A DNA stretch of 61,743 nt, counting the filler, from Platydemus manokwari (lineage: Eukaryota): the NCBI GenBank assembly GCA_037951405.1. It is 5 parts of 5 records of this genome, joined end to end, with 100 filler letters (N's around TTAATTAATTAA, not from the genome) between each part and the next. Parts side by side here need not be neighbours in the genome. Positions count along the whole stretch, not along the records: positions 42,273 to 61,743 come from JBBMOY011911385.1; 4 more parts are not named here. The stretch is one strand, 5' to 3'. The position numbers and the translations under genes were made by a program. Within the stretch, counting starts at the first letter, position 1. Each line of letters starts with the position of its first letter. Of the stretch, positions 57,501-61,743 are shown in pieces. A model generated the notes under the pieces. The model saw only the letters and a program-made list of their open reading frames with translations, was not told the origin of the DNA and ran no database searches.

Positions 57501-58654
57501 GCTACTTTAATGTGAGTTTTAATCGGTTTGCCAATATCGCCCAAATCCCGTTCAGCATCTTGTTTCAAATCACTCGACACCGATATCCAGATGGATTTCT
57601 TTCGACCATGCAAATGATTCTCTAAAATAATGCCCGCAATCGTTCGACCTTTACCAACACCGGCTCCATCGCCGATGAGAAATCCCAATCGTTTGTCGTC
57701 GAAAAAATCCTCATCGTGTTTCTGGCACGCATAAACGACGGCTTCCAGTTGAACGTTGGACAGAATGCCTTTGTTGATGATGATCGATGGTAATTTGAGT
57801 TGATATGTGATATCGGGTGCATTGGTGCTGCTCAATGAACGTGATTCGACCACCGTGTACGGATGGGGTTTGCCTTTTTTGAATTTAACGGGCTCATAAT
57901 TGGAATAGGCTTCGCTGTGAGTGAATTCGGCAAAATCCAGACCATCATGGTCGTAATCTTTCGGTAAATTAGATGGACTGTTATTTTGAGTGAAATCAAA
58001 TATGTCGAATTGATTTGTTGATTCGATTTTTGTTGGCTCATATGAATCGAATATGTCGATGGTGGTATTGTTATTTACTGGATTGGATTTTGATTCGGAT
58101 TTCGAAGAAGATGGAGAAATTTTGATTTTTTTCGAATCGGTGTTTGGATTGGTTTGTTGAAGAGATGAGTCGGGAAGTTTCTTTTTTGGGATCGATGTAT
58201 TTTTGATTGGTTTGACGAAGTTTGCTTCCGAAGAATTTGTATTAGACGGAGAAATGGTTTTAGGTTTAGTGGAAACGGTTGGCATAATAAATCCAAAATT
58301 GGAACTGTTTGATAAATGAACCGGAGTATGTGAAATGGCTACCAGAGGACTATCCATCGTTCTAGAAAGAGAAACAATACCAGATCTTATAATTGGTGTT
58401 GTACCGGATGTTGTATTATTTGCACTAAAACCGGACTGAAGATCTCGAGGAGTTTTCGGTTGGAAAGTACCATTTTTAAGACTTTGAGTGTTCTTCATCT
58501 CATTTATTTGTTGCGATAATGTTCCGAATTTTAGAATTTTGGCATTAGAATCATCAGATTTTTTTTCTGTTATGGGTCGTTTCAAAAGCGATCTGGACTT
58601 ATTTTGTTCATCTTTTTCTCCTTTAATTGTTGAGAAATTATTTAAAAAATCCAT
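54515..58654 (-). CDS. SBNO: Strawberry notch homologue, paralog B (1379 aa, single exon)
   Basis: Uninterrupted ORF. The track's first M (58657) is a TTG; the ATG is at 58654 (MDFLNNFSTIK, compare paralog A MDLFDDLTTIK). Same complete SBNO motif set as paralog A, with a longer S/T/P/N/K-rich N-terminus and a Gly-rich insertion. Confidence 0.97.
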   Translation of the reverse strand: MDFLNNFSTIKGEKDEQNKSRSLLKRPITEKKSDDSNAKILKFGTLSQQINEMKNTQSLKNGTFQPKTPRDLQSGFSANNTTSGTTPIIRSGIVSLSRTMDSPLVAISHTPVHLSNSSNFGFIMPTVSTKPKTISPSNTNSSEANFVKPIKNTSIPKKKLPDSSLQQTNPNTDSKKIKISPSSSKSESKSNPVNNNTTIDIFDSYEPTKIESTNQFDIFDFTQNNSPSNLPKDYDHDGLDFAEFTHSEAYSNYEPVKFKKGKPHPYTVVESRSLSSTNAPDITYQLKLPSIIINKGILSNVQLEAVVYACQKHDEDFFDDKRLGFLIGDGAGVGKGRTIAGIILENHLHGRKKSIWISVSSDLKQDAERDLGDIGKPIKTHIKVAALNKMTYNQIDSNENGHFNEGVLFVSYSSLISKSKKDAGEGGDGGSGGGGGGVYRFKKRLDQMIDWFGEDYDGVIVFDECHKAKNLHQNNKTKTGAVVKKLQQRLRFARVVYASATGASEPKHMAYMVRLGLWGPGKRFSEFEDFESTLTSLGVGAMELIAIEMKKNGVYLARQLSFQNVHCEIKQIQIEDSTINGHRFKDVYNKCVEVWNNIYKEFNDAFERNRLDEKDETNFEAQFWSAHQRFFKYLCIAGKVEECVRISKHEVNVNGNCVVIGMQSTGEARTMDALDETSGSCDNFVSTAKGVVENLIKNHYPSVKNMEKNKAKRSLKHMKSKDSNGDIDSEDNYSNSPILTTNGCHSNSSTPRYDGKFSIDDDGEQRMLKSVEEIDSMFPLNALDQLIFGLGGPDKVAEMTGRKGRMVEKNGIISFQQRKLEDHSVDQTNIIEKDLFNSGEKLYSIISDAASTGISLHSDKRFANKRKRFHITLELPWSADKAIQQFGRTHRSNQVNSPHYVFLISDLAGERRFAATVAKRLESLGALTHGDRRCDNSRNLSQFNLDNEIGLKALHNLINSLINKETGVVPFPEQYMKLYHNDIQTFRQCAQDALASVGLNKIKFLSVTKFLNRILGMALDMQNALFQYFLDIIEYESQKAKCRNEFDHGIRDLMNDHDNVYVMESHTFKTDSRYDNDDIVVNKIENTTGSSWESVMDRYQINTRTNHFYTSKSTKDNKIQLLAFAEYNDNGFYSLMRPNYPTKEIDGVLLKTVWDKTEPKMIQNDWQFIYGESKTKCIHQIFKTKCAHRNCTDGKRTKINYLITGAVLLALKKIDKAHINRKLEIIRVQLFDKTKLIGALVPGPYHKVVMNALEMGYSVPTIQHIPMEQMPESKEELPTEELESSGKIKSEPSSGSKKKSKKIVNSVQLDYSRINDIVRAQLTKSTNKSNQIIASKDVKGTNDKKNITKTERKIEANNQNYKGYQFPNLIVNFISEEDL
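57344..57390 (-). repeat. Coding (GGT)n-type trinucleotide repeat in SBNO paralog B
   Basis: (ACC)6 plus degenerate units on the + strand; encodes AGEGGDGGSGGGGGG. Confidence 0.9.
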
Positions 58655-61600
58655 CAATCTATGATGACAATGTGTATTTAAAAAAAATAATTTTATTTAT
58701 ATAATAACATCTTACTGTTAAAGAAATAAAATAAAATAGAACTAGTTAGAAAGTTGCTTTGTGAATTTTAATTAAATTTGATTAACTACACCGCTCTAAT
58801 GCATGTTAGTCAAGATTATTCAAACAAATTAAATAAATATATTAATATTATAACTTAATATACTAAATTCTTATTAAAATGTATTTAGCTTATTTGTTTA
58901 TTATATTTATTTCGATAAATATGATTCCTTCGATGAATTTGAAATGAGATTAAAAATAATCTATCATAATTATTGCATTACCTTTATTTAGAATTATGTT
59001 AGAGAAAAAGAAATATATTTTCAAAAATTGACTAGTCTTAAATAAATTTCAACATCCTAATATTTATTTAATCTGATTAGTATTTGTTTTGATAAAAATT
59101 ATAGTTATTATTAATACTTTGATGTAAATACAAACTTTAAAACCATAATGTAAACATAACATGTACCAATGTTACAAATGTAAAAATATCCTCCGCGACA
59201 CTTGTTATTATAACATCAGCAAACTCGAAACCGCCATTATATGCAGATTCTAGCAGCGTTGGGTGTAATTATTTTTATTATTGAGATATTTTGTTGACTT
59301 AATCAATGTTTTAATTTATTCTGTCAGCTATTTTGAGCTATTTTAAGTTTCTTTAGTCTAAGGTAAGTTAAAAAATGCTTTTATGTGATTTCTAAGACTT
59401 GTTTTACTTTGTTTATGACTCAAGTGGTTATGGAAAGGAAAATTAATTTTAGTAAGGAAATTGAGTACCATTTCATTCGATAGCTGCACAATAGGTATGC
59501 ATGAAAAAGAAAAAATAAAATGAATTTTACTATCATAAATTAACGACAGATGTTCAAATTTAACTGTGTTACTCAGAGGTGTCACTGTGTGATAGCCAAA
59601 TAATTTTGTTCTATCTTTGTTTATTTATGAAATCCATTTTTCACTTAATAATTCAATTTACTAAGCTGTAATATCGTATTTTTTGTGAATCATTATCTTT
59701 TAAAGTTTCGAAGTATTATTGTTATTATTTACAATATAATTTTTATCTCCTTTGTATGGGATCAATCAGAATATACCGAAATCATCTGAATTTGTTATTA
59801 AAAATTTTGATGAATGAAATATAATTACATAGTTGTAATATTTCATCAGATCTTGATGCAGTTTGCCACATTATCAAAGAAAAAAAATATAAATTTAATA
59901 AAAAAAATCCCACAAGAATCTTAATTATAGCCAACATCAAATTAAACCCAATGATTTTCATTCGTTTCTTGTAAATAAATTTATTTATTTTATCAAAAAT
60001 TCTCTTTCGAGAAAGTTATATTGGATTGTTTAAGCTGGGATTTTCAGAAAAAAATAATGTTGGCTATTTATTTGACGAATTCCTTTATCTAAATATAAGA
60101 TCTGATCTGTATAGCCATGAAAAGTTTATGTTAAAAAGAATGAAAGATATTTATGAACCTGAAGTACAATAATAATGTCAAATGTGTAAAATTCATAATA
60201 TAACAACAATTTACATTCGAACGTGGTCAATATCACCTAGTTTAATGTCAGTATCGGTATGATTCATTATCTATGAAATATTATTTATTATCATCCTTTA
60301 TTACCATCTTGTTTAATATGATATTCATTTTAATAGAATTGATTATTTTCAAATTAATTGATTTTATTTATTTCTGATTTCTCAATTTAATGAAATTGCT
60401 TTAACTAAATCTACGTTTTTATAAATTGGCTAGACGGTTATTACACTGTTTTTCAATAATTTGAAGTTAAATATGGTCAAAGTCTTTTTATTGAGTTTAT
60501 GTGAATAGAGAAAGACGTGTAGTTTCGAAAACTCTCTTCAGTTCGATGATTGATATGGACGGATTTTTTTAAGGAATCACAAAATACAAATTTTATATTA
60601 AAGAAAAGTATGTCGATTTCCTAATAAAATTGTGAATTCCGTAATTTTTCGAGGTTTTTGAGTAAAAGTTGAATAAAGTAATATTAAAGGAAGTGCTCTA
60701 ACGGGGAGAAAGTGAGATTCATAAATTTACAATTTTCAATTGACTAATATCAGAATTTGATTAAATCATTTATATTACAATTTTTTCTGGTTTTTAATTT
60801 ATTCATATTTTACCAAAATAACCCTTATACTGTTTTATTGGACTTTGAATTCTATATATTTATGTTCTAGTTATTATTCATGTGCGAATCCAATATTGAT
60901 TAATTGGAACAATAGTGCTAAGTGTGAAGCAAAACTAAAACATGATATTTAAGGAAAACATTCCAAAAGTTCGATCCATAGAGACTAGATGAGCACACGT
61001 TCCAATAGCTAATCAGATGTCTTCAATGTCACGAAAGTTAGAAGACAACCTACTAACAAACTGGTATGTGGACTGTTTCATATGAACAGACACACCAGGT
61101 CTGTAAAAGAAGTCGAATCTGGAAAGTAAGTACCAATATTTCTTGGTCGGTAATTTTTGTTCAACTTACTGTTTTGCCTGATTATTTTAATGATAAATCA
61201 TTTATGGTCGTTGTTTATTTCAGGTGGCAATCCCGTTCCTAACTGATTTTAACTTTGTTCTTGAGAATGATTTAAAGTGCAAATATTGACAAATTAATTT
61301 TAAATGGCAACTTTGTGATTATAATTAGATTTTTGAATATTTCGAGTCAGTGAAAATCTTGCAATAGGATAAACTTTAAGTGCACTTGTTTATAATTAGA
61401 GTTTCTATTTACTTTTACTTAACAATTTCATTGGTCAATATGCATTCTTGTTTTAAATAAAAATAAGTATATGTAGTGTAGCTTTTGACTAATTTTATTT
61501 GACAGGTTTTAATAAATTGTATGCAGACTTTTTGGAATTAGAGGAGAATAGTGAAGCTTATAATGCAGCAGTATCCTCACAAATAATATGATGATTTGCA

Positions 61601-61743
61601 ACGGTTACCTCTGATAATGAAGAATTATATGTGTAAGAATAAAAAATTTAATTAATAATAATGGTAAAATCTGATATTTTTTAAGGTGGTGTCAAATTTG
61701 GTTGGTTGTCTTCCTTTGGTAATCCTGTTTGATTACCGTTTAA

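Noticed and set aside
46209-58296. Short ORFs nested in or antisense to the SBNO genes (46209, 47530, 48738, 48812, 54802, 54968, 56565, 56701, 57015, 57622, 57832, 58075)
   Set aside because: Alternative-frame by-products; the apparent conservation of 48738 versus 57015 only reflects the converted DNA tract.
60940-61743. Exon-like segments with GT/AG sites at the right end of the window
   Set aside because: Could not be spliced into a stop-free frame; no family recognised.

Overview
Very AT-rich eukaryotic (animal-like) genomic DNA. The mix of 42-66 nt and multi-kb GT-AG introns plus abundant mariner/MITE debris is compatible with a triclad flatworm, but the organism cannot be proven from this sequence. 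The window is five contigs (1-11376, 11477-20770, 20871-30960, 31061-42172, 42273-61743) joined by artificial 100-nt spacers (44 N + TTAATTAATTAA + 44 N), so adjacency across spacers is not reliable. Hand-spliced genes: 5' part of a p70 S6 kinase (+, 976-7583); 3' part of an ATP10-like P4-ATPase (-, 12489-17954); a complete six-exon CZIB/UPF0587 gene (+, 24657-25379) missed by the ORF track; one large orphan exon (-, 34261-34777); the last two exons of calpain-7 (+, 43973-44276). The standout is a head-to-tail pair of full-length, intron-free Strawberry notch (SBNO) SF2-helicase-like genes (-, 46109-50011 and 54515-58654). Their termini have diverged, but they share a 200-bp perfectly identical tract and an adjacent ~94% tract confined to the N-terminal ATPase lobe, suggesting retroposition or intron loss, tandem duplication and domain-restricted gene conversion. 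Also present: a rearranged mariner MITE with ~105-bp TIRs, a Mboumar-type mariner terminus, three interspersed repeat families and decayed transposase/integrase fragments. No CRISPR array, rRNA or tRNA was recognised.
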